A stretch of 64,000 bases of DNA from Balamuthia mandrillaris. Lineage: Eukaryota. The position numbers and the translations under genes are program-made. The DNA lies in assembly GCA_031835245.2 (NCBI GenBank), contig JAVKOQ020000094.1, positions 62,001 through 126,000 on the forward strand, written 5' to 3'. Under the pieces are notes generated by a model, which saw only the letters and a program-made list of their open reading frames with translations, ran no database searches and was not told the origin of the DNA. Of the stretch, positions 14,766-27,248 are shown piece by piece (the stretch's first letter is position 1; each line of letters starts with the position of its first letter).

Positions 14766-17700
14766 TTACATGTCTTCGTCCTCCTCTATATCGTCGTCGT
14801 CGTCATCATCATAAAAACCGAAATGAGGCGATGTATCGAAATGAGGAGCTTCAGGCTGAGATGGAAGAGCATATAAAGTTAGTTCCGCTGAGGGTATAGT
14901 GCAGAAGGAGGAGCGTACTGTTTCGGTGGCTCGGTCGCCAGCATCAGAAAGACTTGATGGAGCTTGTGGCTGGAATTGACCGATGTCATCGCGGTTAGCC
15001 TTTGAACTGCCTCCAAAAGACGATGAGTCTGCTAGACGTGATAATGCATAAGTTAGTGTGGTCTAATATATTGACAACGAAAATCTGCGTAAGTGTACCT
15101 CTGCGTCTTGATCGAGAAGGAAAGTCCATTGGGGTAGACATGGCTACAGAGAGAGAAGCTGTTGGCAAAAAAAAAAATGCTTAGTTAAATTCCGTAAAAG
15201 TGTTTTACAGTAACAACCTACCTTTTACAGTTTCTTCAGTGTCTGGGGACGTAGACGGTATGGCCGCAGCATTCAGCTCAAGACTTGAGGAGACAGAATA
15301 TTCCCCACTGTAAAGATAGCATGCGCGCATTAAGCAAAACCTCTTCACCCATAGCAAAGGCATACATCCTTACCTTTTATTTACTGGAATTGGATTGAAC
15401 TGGACCCGAACCTCACTTTCTCCTGAGTTGTTCAGTCTGTCCGAAACAGTATCCAAGGCGTTTCGTTTTGTAAACGTTTTAAATGTAAATTGAGGGCCGG
15501 CCCATAAAGGTCGATAGTGAGGAGTGTGGGTGCATATTTCCACATTTGCAAGCCACCTAATAGTTCATTGGATGCATGAGTGAACAAAGTTTTTGGAGTG
15601 AGGTAGCAAACAAATGTAAGCCAACCTGTTTATGTTTTTGGAGGGTGATTGACCTAGTGATGGCAAGTTATCCTGTACTTGTCGGATTAGAAGAAACAAA
15701 CAAACAAAGGAGTGCACTAGTGTAGACAATACCTTCGCTCTTGGTCGCTTTAGATACTGCGGCCAACTGCTCCTTCTGCTTACATCCCAATAAAAGAGAG
15801 GTTCAGATGTGAGCAGTAAGCTCTTTGGGTCCATATCTAAAACATAGTATCAGTAGACAGAAGAGCAGGGAGGTGGAGCGTTAAAACGGAGAGCTTCGAT
15901 GGAACAAAGTTTCAAGTATTACCTGGTTGCGTTGGTCCGTGAGGCAAAAGCTTATATTTGGTTAGTATGCCATGCTGGGTAGCTACAAAAATGCCCATCA
16001 TACTGCCAGACGTTCCTACAAAGTGAGCGGCAATGGGTGACCACTGGTGTTTGTTATAATGAGCAAGATTGGTAAGCGAGAAACATTAACGAAAAATTGT
16101 TTGCTTCGTCGTACCTGGGCAGCATATTCATCAGGTGTGTGCGTTTGTTTTAATCTATCGCAAACAGCAAGAGTCACCATTCTAGGCTGCATGGATAAGA
16201 TTTGGCCGCACATGTAAGAAGAATGGATTGGAAAACAATTAGAACTTCAGTTATGCTACAATATAAATGATACAAGACTAAGAATTTACCTCTGCAGAAT
16301 GTAAAAGAAAGGGTGCTTCAAAACTATGTAACGGTTCACTAGGTATATGAGTGTAGATATTTACAGGACCCCCCTCTGGGTTGATGGCAAAGATATCTAA
16401 ATACCAAAAAAAAAAAAGCGATTATCAGCACAAGGAAAGCCATATGGCTTGCTCTATTTGTCATACGTGTAGTGCCTCTGGCCGAGCTTGCGGCTAACCA
16501 ACGACTGTCGTTGCTAAAACATAAATCCTTTGGGAACAGTTCAGTCTTGTGTTGCCAAAGCAAATGAGTTAAAAAGTGGGAGTACTTACGGTTATGACGG
16601 CACTCGTACGACCTCGTACAAGGGTATATCTGAGTAGAAACAAAGAAGCCTGCTGTTAGATGTAGAAGACGAGCAACATTAAAGAGCAGTGACGTACATG
16701 TGACTAAAAGCCTTTTGGATTGGTTTATCAGCTGAAGGTACAATCTGGAACACCTTTAGTTCATATCCACCCACTGAAGCAGTAACCAGCTATGAAAGAC
16801 GATATGCTAAGCGGAAGATGTCTTAAAAAGAATGACATAGGTGGAAGCATACCAGTGTACCGCTTGGATCAAAAGCTATCATTGAGAGTGGTTGTTTGTG
16901 CGCTCTAAAATGAGCGATAGGCTCTCCAGTGCAAACATCATGAACGATAACCTGACAAAATGGAGAGTTGAGCTTTAAGGTAACAGCAAAAGGGTAATGA
17001 CATACCGTTCCAGCAATTCCGTCATCAGAAGGTGGTGGGGATGAATCGGGGTACATATAACTAGCCATTGTCTTTCTTCCGACATCGCTAAGATATTTGG
17101 CCATATCCACAATTTGATTACCTGGCATCTGAGTATCATCTTCACCTTTTAACCTTGGAACGGGCTTAGTGGCAGCATAGGCCAGCCAGCGAGGTCCAAG
17201 CGCCATTACTGTCGCAGGAGAATAAGTGCCTCCAGAGCTGGATGGTGCTAATTGCAGAGTCAATCTAAGAAATACATTTCATTTCAAAGCGTGCTAAAGC
17301 ACATGTCAGCACATTACCTCGGGTGTTGGATCCTCGCGGGGCATAACAACTAACAACTAGCTTCTTCTTCAGCGTGTTTATGTCCAAACAATATATCTGG
17401 TCATAAAGGCTCTGTTTAAGAGGAATTTAGAAGAGAAGCAGCTAAGGGCATCATGTTAAAGGAAAACCACGGACCACAACGAGCAACCTGTTGCTGCAGT
17501 GTATAGCAAACACTTCCGATGGAAAGCGGATGATCATGTTGAGATAATCTTGCTCCTTTAGAGAGTAAAACTTGACCGCGTTTTTTGGGAATTTTGCTCC
17601 TTCTTCTGCAGAGCTATTTATCCCCAATGAGACCACATAATGAGAGCTACAGTTAAGAAAACCAGGGAGGAGAGCTTACGCTAAAGCAAGGATTGGATAA

Positions 17701-18267
17701 CGGCCACTCAGACGGTTTTTGGTGGGTGAAGTGCACAAGAACTGCCATCCATGAACGAACGTTTGAAACAGTATTAGTTGTCTATGATAATCCATCGCCC
17801 TCTCTCTCACTCTTTCTCTTCCTCGAGAAGATGTGGAAGCAAAAAAAAACCTTGGCACACTTAATGGCACCCTCCCGTTTGGAAACAATTTGAACAACAT
17901 TGTCGAGGTCTTCGATGTCCCAGACTTGAAAGCCATTCACATGAGTCTGGACAAGACACTGTTGCCTGCCATGACCGCTGTGGTTAACCAGAATAGGGCA
18001 GGAGTCTTGGAAGCGCAAAGCATAAGGGAAAGGGGTTAGGTACCTGTTGCTTGGATATGAGTGCATGGTATCGAAGGCGGTGAAGAGAACTCGATCTCTG
18101 CTGTCTTCCAAGGGGGCAGGGCTGGCCATCTGCTTTTTTAAGCTGGCGGGAATGTAGCTTGAGAAGCCTTGCACGTAGCTGCCCAAGTTCTGCAAGTAGC
18201 CTTGCTCGCTGTTGGTTGTTGTTTTTGGGAGGGATTTGTTAGTGGGTGGGCACAACCACCTTGGCAT
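14766..18267 (-). CDS. BCAS3 / ATG18f-h-like WD40 beta-propeller protein, many exons
   Basis: GFQVWD, ALGPRWLAYA, HFRAHKQPLSMIAFDPSGTL, FSNDSRWLAASSARGTT, EICTHTPHYRPLWAGPQF; acidic C-terminus ending DEDM*; start inferred from an 8-nt first coding exon. Confidence 0.8.
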
Positions 18268-18770
18268 TGCTACCGCACAAAGTTGAGGATGCACACCTTG
18301 CCCGATGCTTTTCAGCCACGATAGGCACGCCTGGGTTGGTTGCAGCTGAAGACATGCTGGCAAGAAAGGAGGGGAGAGGGTGGGTGGGTGGGGGGGGGAA
18401 TCTATCTAGGAGTGTTGCTTGGTGGTGGAAAGAACCTGCTGAGAAACAGACTGCTTTCAGTCCTCTGAAAGCTGAAGAGTGGTGGTGGGTGGTGGTGAAA
18501 ACAATGCGAGGTCAGAGGGGAGGTGGTGGGGGGTGGGTGGTGGTGAATGGGCGCTTCCTCCTCCTCCTCCTGCCCCCTTTGTGCGGACAGAAAGCGGCGG
18601 CTGCGGTGGTTGTGGGGGTGGTCATCACCGCCTATTAGGTTGGCTTCTGATGTAGGGTGGTTCCCCAGCCAAAAGAACAAGCAGTAGGAGGACTAGGAGG
18701 AGTGGAAAAAAACAGAGCGAAGAAGAACAAGAAGAAGGCTTCCCTACTTCTCCCCAATTCATTCTTTGAG

Positions 18771-19993
18771 ATGGCACGCCTCCTGCTACTCCTTTTTAGA
18801 GATCTCCTGAGCATGTGACTTCGCAGCTTACTTTTTTTTCCCCCTCCCCTCTCTTATCACACCACCGCAGAAAACTTTTCACAGATTTCCCACCGAACAC
18901 AAGGACATCATTCATGATGTGAGCTACGACTTTTACGGCAAGCGGTTAGCCACTTGCTCTTCTGATCAGAGAATAAAGGTCTGGGACTTGGACGAGCATT
19001 CAAATTGGACTCTCACTGCGGAATGGAAGGCTCACAAGGGCTCTGTGTGGCGAGTGGAGTGGGCGCACCCTGAGTTTGGCCAAATTTTAGCCTCTTGCTC
19101 TTTTGACCGCACTGTTTGCATTTGGGAAGAGGGAGAAGAAGAAGGTACCGCGATTGCACTCTCCCGTTTTCCTCCTTGCCTGCTCTCAGTTACTTATGGT
19201 GGCTTTGACTTGGCTGAAACAGAAAAGGGCAAAGGAACTAAATGGCACAAAAAGATTGAGTTACTCGATAGCAAAGATTCTGTCAAAGACATTAAGTTTG
19301 CTCCTCACCACATGGGCCTAAAGCTGGCTACATGCTCTGCCGATGGATACGTGCGTATCTATGAGGCCATGGACATTATGAACTTGAACCATTGGTCGTT
19401 GACTGCTGAGTTTGAGTCTCATAAGGGAGGCAGCAGCAGCATTTCGTGGAACCCTTCTCCTTTTGATCGGCCTTCTATGGTGGTTGGCAGTGGCGACCCT
19501 GACATCAAGGTATGGGATTTTAATGAAGCACAGGGACGCTGGAAAGTTGCCTACACTCTTTCTGGTCACACCGATGAGGTTCATGCAGTAGCTTGGGCTC
19601 CAAACCTTGGCCGGTGAGCTTTTCCTCTCTTTTTTTCTCCCTTCTCTCTCCCCTCACTCCCTCCCTCCTCTCTCTCCCTCTTCTCCTCTCGTTCTGATCT
19701 TCTCACTTTGGCACTTTAGAACGTTCAACTTGATTGCCTCTTCCTCCAAAGATAAGACTATCCGCATATGGAAACTTCCAACAACACATTCCACCACATT
19801 AACACAACCTATTGAGGCTGCTGTTTTAAAGTACCACAATGACGCTGTGTGGAGGGTAGAGTGGAATATTACAGGAACCATTTTGGCATCATCCGGTGAT
19901 GATGGCACTGTATGTTTATGGAAAGCAGACTTTAAAGGACAATGGCTGCTGCTTACCACCATTAATGAAGAAGATGACGATCACAATATATAA
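18771..19993 (+). CDS. SEH1: Nucleoporin / GATOR2 subunit SEH1 (WD40)
   Basis: HKDIIHDVSYDFYGKRLATCSSDQRIKVWD, WAHPEFGQILASCSFDR, FAPHHMGLKLA, WRVEWNITGTILASSGDDG. Confidence 0.95.
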
Positions 19994-22089
19994 ATAGAAA
20001 TGGAATTACTGTTGCTATTGAAATTTTTGTTTGTTTATGAACCACCAACGTATGTGGGTGAGGAGCAGGAACTACAATCATGGATAGTGTGCTTAGGCTT
20101 TCGAAATATTAGGATGTAGTGCACACTAGTAAGCTTTTTTGGCCTTCCAGGATAAGATTTCAAATATGACCTGCAGGCTTGTTCCCAGCTGAGCTGTAGC
20201 AGGATCATCTTTTTGGACTCTTGTGCTTGCTTGAGATGAAGCTCAGCCCAAACAGCAAAGTATTGAGGAGTACATGAACATGAAAGAGGTCATCAAAGTG
20301 TTACTACATCAACCTAAATGGTCATACTATCCTGCCAATCTTTCTGGGCACAAGCATCAAACATGTCCTTGGTGTGGTCCTACCTTGGTGGTCTGGTTGC
20401 TGGCCTTCTATTTTGGTTGATAATAGTGGCTCATTATTGCTACCTTTCCTGTTTGAATGACCTATTGAGTACAAAGCACAATATAATGGCTTTGATTGCT
20501 GTTAATAACATACTTGAAGAGGTATCCTTTTTTAAAACAGGTATTGAAAAGGAATCAATGAAGAAGAAGTTATAGAAAATGTAAATGAAAAGATAAAAGC
20601 ATAAAGAAGGTTTGAAAAAGGATTGTAAGCTAAGCAGCAAATATGTATTACTGTGCACAATCAAGTTTTTCCAAATTTCTGGGTTTATTCGTATTTTCTC
20701 ACATAGAACAAGTGGGAAAAAAAGTATTTTGGAAAAACTTGAAAGTGCTGGGTAATAAATGTATTTAGCAAATATGTTGATAAAATTACCAACTCTATTC
20801 TGCTAACTCCTCATATTAGGTCTGTTCCTGGACCCTCAGCATCTGCTTTCTCATATTTCTCCCTTCGTTCTCATTTCTCTTATCCCTTTCTCTCAGTGTA
20901 CTTTAAAGCAATGACAGAGATCTCCTCTTGTTATCTTGTCTTTCTGTCTTTCTTTTTATCTTTCTTTCATTCATTCTTTCTTGTCATTTCTTTCTTTCTT
21001 GTTGTTTCTTTCTTGTTGTTTCTTTCTTTCTTTCTTTTGGAATAAAGACATGGGATGAGTAAAATGAATGCCCCTAAGCTCATTCAGTTTTTGGGAGAGG
21101 TCGACATCATCACCCTCATCTGTGCCCAAAAGAAAAAGTTTAACTATGCTGCCACTTTTTTTTTGAAAGAGATCATGATCAAAGCTAGTGATTAGGTCTG
21201 CAGGCTAATAGAAAGAAGGTATTTGAACTGGAATCCTGTAACTCTCATTTTTCTAAGTTCTGTACTATCACAAAGGTGCCATTCTCACACTATTGCATTG
21301 TGTTGTATTGTTGACAAAACAAGGTCTTGTTGATCACAGTTCAAATTCATGCACAAAGCAAATTCTTTTTATTTCATCATATATTCTATCTTTTATTATC
21401 ATTTATACCAATTCTTATGATGTCTTTCTTCTTTAGTCAGGTTGACATTAACTAGTCAACCAGATATTGATAGGAACATATTCAATTCAATAAGTGTACT
21501 GTTTTTTGATGATTACCATAGTGTAGATGGAGTTGTCAAAAATTCTGGACATTTTTATGCAATGCTTTTACAGCTTTCCCAAACTGGTGAAGTAGAAGTC
21601 CAGAAGAAAAGAGGAAAAGGCCAAGGAGAACAAGAACTTCAAGCACCATGTGTATTGATGTTTGAGTAGCTCCTATGGCAAAAAGGAAAAAAAGAGGGAA
21701 AAAAGAGGGCACAAATATCACATAAGTGAGAGTTCCTAACTGTGATTGTCAACAAAAATTCCTAAATCTTAAAGAAGGAAAAAAACAAAGTGAATCATGG
21801 AGACTGTGCATGGACTAATCATTTGGTCACTGGTGGTCGAGTTGAATAGAGCAAGTGGAAAAAAGGAAAAAAACATTAGTTCATTTAAAAGGATGATTGA
21901 GAAAAGAATACAGAAGAACAAAAAACCTTTTGGTTAAGTTCAAACTAACAAAGGAAAGGGACAAATGATTAGAAAGGAGTATATTCTAGAAGAAAGAAAG
22001 AATGACAACAGGAGGAAAATCTCTGTTGTTGCTTGAGAACCAAGGGAAAGGGAAAAAAGAAGAAGGATGAGGGGACACAAAAGAAAGGA

Positions 22090-23290
22090 AAGCTGAGGGT
22101 CCAGGATGAATCCAACATGAGAAGTCCAGAGATAAGTATTAGTGATTTTACCAACATACTTCCTTGTTAAGAAGAAGTAGATGATTAAGAAGATTGTTTA
22201 AAGAGGTCCCAATAATGTTTGATAAGCTTAGGAGCATGAAGGTCTTTTGCAGGATCCAATGGTTGTCTGAATGTGGGTTGCCTTTCTAGTGAACAAGATA
22301 AGTACTCACATTTATTGACTGGGCCTTTGTGATTGAGGATTTCGTCTTTTTCATACTTATCCAGTGGGAGTTCATTGATACTAGGGTCCTCTGGAGGAGC
22401 AATGAGCTTCAGCTGATTAGGGCTGAATTTGTCTAGAAGGGTAACACTGATGCTGTCCTGGAGGACGTACTGTTGGCAACTGTCAACATAACCAACACGT
22501 TGCTTCTTTTTTCATTCTTCCTCGGCTTACATCAGCACCTAGCCCATGTCAGCTTCTTGTGATTTCCTGTAGATTTCTCTCTTGTGGAACTTAGGAACTT
22601 TCCTTTCTTCTTTCTGATGCATGGCTTCTCTAGATTGGTTCTTTTTCTCATTCATTTTGTCTCTCTCTTTTTTATCTTCTCTTTTCTCTTTCTCTCTTTC
22701 TTTTTCTCTCAGAACAGGAACAAACACAGACACACACACACTGTCATGATACTTTCATTCCATTAAATCCTATTCTTGGACTCGTTTACTTTTTTGTATT
22801 TTTGTGTTACTGGTCTGAGTTAACAGTATGCACTACCATCATTGTGGTGGATACCTGTGTAAGGTCCAGAGTACTCAAGAAGAGACTTGGGAGACCTGAG
22901 AGGCATAGCATGACTTCAGAAAAATTCGTGAAATAGTTTGGAAGAATCATGTTGAGCCTTGCCATTTAAGATACAAAAAAATTTCATCATAATATAAGTG
23001 TATCTGTTTTAAACTTGTTTTTTTTACGATATTTCTTTAAGTTACAAAGAGAGGCTTGCTGGATGACCAAAGAACAGTTGAAAAGGACTTTTGGCAAGAA
23101 GTAACATGTTGGTTGATAGCATATTAGATGGTAGGAAGAACAATGAGACTAATCATTGTTAATGTGGTCAAAGGATAAAGTGGTGGTTTCTCAGTGTCCA
23201 GGCTTGATGATGTAGTTGACTTGCTTGGTTTTGGCATGAACTGGGCAGAAAGAAGCGAATTGAGTAGCAATGTCTGTGGTGACATAGTTG
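22090..23290 (-). mobile_element. Degenerate chromovirus-type Ty3/gypsy remnant: integrase fragments, chromodomain and probable start of a 3' LTR
   Basis: Minus-strand translation with stops and frameshifts: DIATQFASFCPVHAKTK, LPTI*YAINQHVTS...QLFFG, then YEKDEILNHKG...EYL/VH*KGNPHSDNHWI...KLIKHYW; TGTTGG start at 22156 with a diverged inverted homologue at 20775-20841. Confidence 0.6.
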
Positions 23291-23305
23291 AAGACTTTAT
23301 AATAG

Positions 23306-25626
23306 TAGTAATAAAAAGTTTATTTGCTCTGAGAGCAACACCAATCTATACATAAAAAGTAAGCCTTGTACATACATAGTGTACTCTTACTTTTCTTACT
23401 CCCTCATCCTCAATGCCTTCCCAATTGTTACTCAATTCACAAGTGAAAGGTGTTGAATGAGATTTCAGACCAACTTTGTATCATCTAGCTATCCTTTTCT
23501 TTCCCTTTCCTTTTTCCTCTTTTCCTTGCTTACATTACTTCCAAAGACTGATAAAATGCAGAAGAACTTCCATGCTTCCAACTTGCTCTTGCTGCCCATA
23601 ATCTCCAGACTCGTTTACAACTTTGCTTACATTGTTCCATCTCTTGAGATGCTACCACATAGTCCACAATGCTCTTTCGTTTTCCAGCTCTCCATGTAAA
23701 TACTGGCGCTTCCTCTTCGAGCTGAGGCAACGAGAGGGCCAGCCTTTTGAAAGCCTCCACCAACACCTTTCCTCTCGTGTTGTAAGTAGATTCACCTCTA
23801 CCATTCCATCCCTTTCCAACCCTGGCGTTCCAATCACCTCCAATAATCAGGGGTCTTCCTTCCTTGACCACGTCCAGGATTCTTTTCTCAATCGCAGCCA
23901 AGGTGACCTTAAAGTTGTCCACGGTACCTCCTGGAGGGAGATACACTATACCGATTATAAAGATGCAACCCTGTCCCGCCAGTTCCACCCAAGTGGAGTT
24001 GGGTGTTCGCCACTCTTTCCTTTCTCCGATGTTCCCCTTGAAGCCCTCTCGAACAAAGAAACCTGCGCCACCCCTTCCATAGCCACTCCTCCCTGGAGCA
24101 GCCCCTCCACCCATCCACCGATACCCCTCCAATCGAGGGGCAACCATCCTCCTATGTTCGCACACTCCAATAATGTCAAATTGCTTACTGTCAGCCCAAC
24201 AGCTGACCAATTCCTCTTGTCCCCAGCCCCTAGAGTTGACAAACGCTACTGAAGTCATTGGGTCTCCTCTCCTTCCTCCTCCACAATGTCAGACCAGTTG
24301 GCAGCACCATGATACTCCTCCTCAGCCAGCGCGATGCTTGAGAGTTCCAAAGAGCTGTCCAAGGCCACTGTTCCAACATTCTCCTCCTTTTCCTTCTTCT
24401 TCTCCATCTTTCTTTGCTCTTTAGGCTTCCACAGCGGTTTACCTTCATTCTTGGCTTCTTCAATTCGGGCTTTGCCCACCCACCAGCGGGTAAAAGCATA
24501 CAGCCTGGCTCTTTCCGCAATAATGTCTTCGGCAGCCTGGGCCGTCTCCAAAGTAACTCCCCAATGCTGCGTGCCATTCTTCTCTCCTACTTTCCACACT
24601 CCGACGTGCTTGAGCCCCAGCTCGAAGATCCTCTCACTTACCTTTTCCTTCTTAAGGTCCTTACCGCTCACCACAATCGATCTGCCCTCCACCGCCCCTA
24701 CCTTGGAGTAGGGACTGGCAAAGCCATACTTTGGTTTTACTGTAGACCAATAGTTCGGGTCGGTTACTGTATCTTTGGTCCACGTCCTCCTGTATATGTT
24801 GGAGTTATCCTGCCAACATATCCCTTGTTCCTTTGCCATTTCTTCCTTCCAGTATTCCAAGCTTGGCGCGCTGACCGTAGTTGCCGTTGGAGGGAAATTC
24901 CTTTCCGCAGTAATCATATCACACCGCGGAGCTGATCCGACCACCTCCGCGTAAGACCGTTGGGAACCCAGAGTAAGGCCGCCTTTGGTACTATTTGCAC
25001 TTCCTTTTTCCACCATAAGATTATTGATCTCCTTGTCGAGGGATTCAATCAGGTCCCTGAATCGTACAATCACTGCGAGTGAGAGTACGCCTGCCTCGGA
25101 GAGCTTACCACACTCGTGAGAAACACGGCTAATACAATCAAACAGCAGCGCCACTTGACTATTGGTTCGCTCCTTAACGCCGTCTGCACTGACTGAGTCC
25201 GAATCAATCTTCCCCTTGGGCACAACACTTGTCCCTTCCTCTCGGCGGGGCGAATCCGCTACCGAGTTACACTGATCCTCTGCCCCTCTGTCGTCCTCCT
25301 CCTTTTGGTTCACCCTGGGAGAAGGAATCTTGACTGTGGTAGTGTTCAGGTGCCCATACTTTTCCACCGCCAACTTGAACGCTTCCTCCAGAAACTGATT
25401 TAGCTTGTCCCCTTTGACAAAACACTCGGGGATCTTTGCCTCTTTTTGCACAGCTTGCAAAGCGGGCTTCCACGAACGATTACCGTTTAGGGTCCCCAGT
25501 CTAAGACGTTCCTTCATGGCCAGATCCACCCATCGACGTAGGACCTGTTCCCTCTCCTGACTGTCAATCAATTCAGTGCTCTTGCGTGGCAGAGTCCTAT
25601 TTTTCCGCATTTTTCCTACACCCCTC
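23306..25626 (-). mobile_element. Non-LTR retrotransposon (LINE), internally deleted non-autonomous copy: intact ORF1 (24255-25610), truncated ORF2 (23530-24258), full 3' UTR and TAC tail
   Basis: Near-identical to 30471-35361 in reverse orientation; lacks the segment equivalent to 32438-35014. Confidence 0.95.
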
Positions 25627-26139
25627 GCTTTGTATAATAAATATCCTTCTCTTTCTTTTTTTTTCTCTTTTTCTTGCTATGATAACCACTTTTCCTCAAC
25701 ATAGGACTAGTAAAGTGAAGGGCAAATCCTTGTGAGCAATAAGGACCTTAAGATGTAGATGATCATTTGGTAATATTACTATTAGTTACTCATCACTGGA
25801 TCCTCTAATATTGAATGGTTAACTTTTATTTTTATAACTCTGTGGTGTCTTTTTTTTGTCTTCTTTTCTCTTCACTCTTCACTCTTTTCATCTTCACACT
25901 TTTCCCTTCACTCACCTCATTGATTCTAGTTGCTTATCAAACCGATTCACACAATTCATGAGTCCTAAGTTGTTTAAAAGTGTTATATATCAGGGCATAC
26001 ATGTCTTTTTCTTTCTTTTGATGTATTAAGTCTATGGTGTCCTTCTGTGTAGAACAGCTGCAAGGGAGTTGCTTTTTAAGTCTGCCCTTGATGTGTCTAT
26101 TAAGAGCTCATGGACAAGGAGTAACTAAGAAAAACACTC

Positions 26140-26310
26140 CTTGAGAATCATGTGAACAGCAGGGTGGTAGATGATCTTGAAGTTGTACTCTGAGAGCCTA
26201 ATAGTTGAGAGTGTTGTTCTTTCTTGTGATCAGAATAGGTTATGAATTTTTTGCTATAGCCAATCAATGAAGAGGTGAATAACAAAGAGGATGGCAAGGA
26301 CGTCTACTCC
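26140..26310 (-). mobile_element. Ty3/gypsy RNase H remnant
   Basis: Degenerate LAILFVIHLF...DHK...RLSEYNFKIIYHP. Confidence 0.45.
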
Positions 26311-26312
26311 CA

Positions 26313-27230
26313 ATAAATAAAAAGTAAGCATTGTACATACATAGTGTACTCTTACTTCTCTTACTCCCTTCTCCTCAATGCCTCCCCAATTGTTATATTA
26401 GTTCACAAGTAAAAGGTGTTGAATGAGCTTTCAGACTAACTTTGTATCATCTAACTATCCTTTCCTTCCCCTTTTCCTCTCTTATCATTTCCTTACTTTT
26501 ACATTACTTCCAAAGATTGATAAAATGCAAAAGAACTTCCATACTTCCTACTTGCTCTTGCTGCTCATAATCTCCAGACTCGTTTACAACTTTGCTTACA
26601 ATGCTCCATCTCTTGAGCTTTGTTGTATTTCTTTCCACTTGATAGGAGCTTTGTTGTACAGTCTTCTATAATTAGCTTTCTGACTTGTTCTTCTTCTCCA
26701 TTGTCCACATTCCAGATTCTAAAACAATCTTCCCAAAGATTTGGACATTTTAATAGGAAGTGTTCTGCAGTTTCTTCCTCAGCATTGCATGCAGGGCACT
26801 TACTGTCCTCTTCAGACTGCTGAATGGCTCTCCACTTACCAACGGATGTACAAATCACAATTTCAGTTCATAACCCTGCTAACTTTCCATTGTCCTAATC
26901 TTGATCACAAGATTGAACCTCAAAGATATTGATGTGGTAGCAAGAAAGCTACAAATGGCAGAGAAGAAGGAAAGAAGAGATAAAGCAAGGAATGTTTGCT
27001 TGTTGTTTGCAGATAATTTGGCAGTGGTGGCCAGCAATCCTTTTGGCTACTCAAGTTAAGGCCTTCCTGCAGCTGCATACTCCGCCTTGCACAATGCCTC
27101 CCTGTTACCTAAGGCTGTAGAGGACTTGCTTTGCCTTGGTGACCCTCTCCTTTGAATGAGTTGTCCACTCACCACATTCTTCAAACCACAGACCCAGGTA
27201 CTTGACATTCATCACACGTTTCACATTTGT
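26313..27230. mobile_element. Older, diverged and rearranged fragments of the same LINE family
   Basis: 26313-26850 (-) zinc finger and 3' UTR (CPACNAEEETAEHFLLKC); 26925-27040 (+) RT piece (VCLLFADNLAVVAS); 27060-27230 (-) KYLGLWFEECGEWTTH. Confidence 0.85.
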
Positions 27231-27248
27231 CATTCTACTGAAATACAC

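Noticed and set aside
21442..21669. 75-aa ORF in the TE island
   Set aside because: No ATG start and no recognisable motif; probably debris
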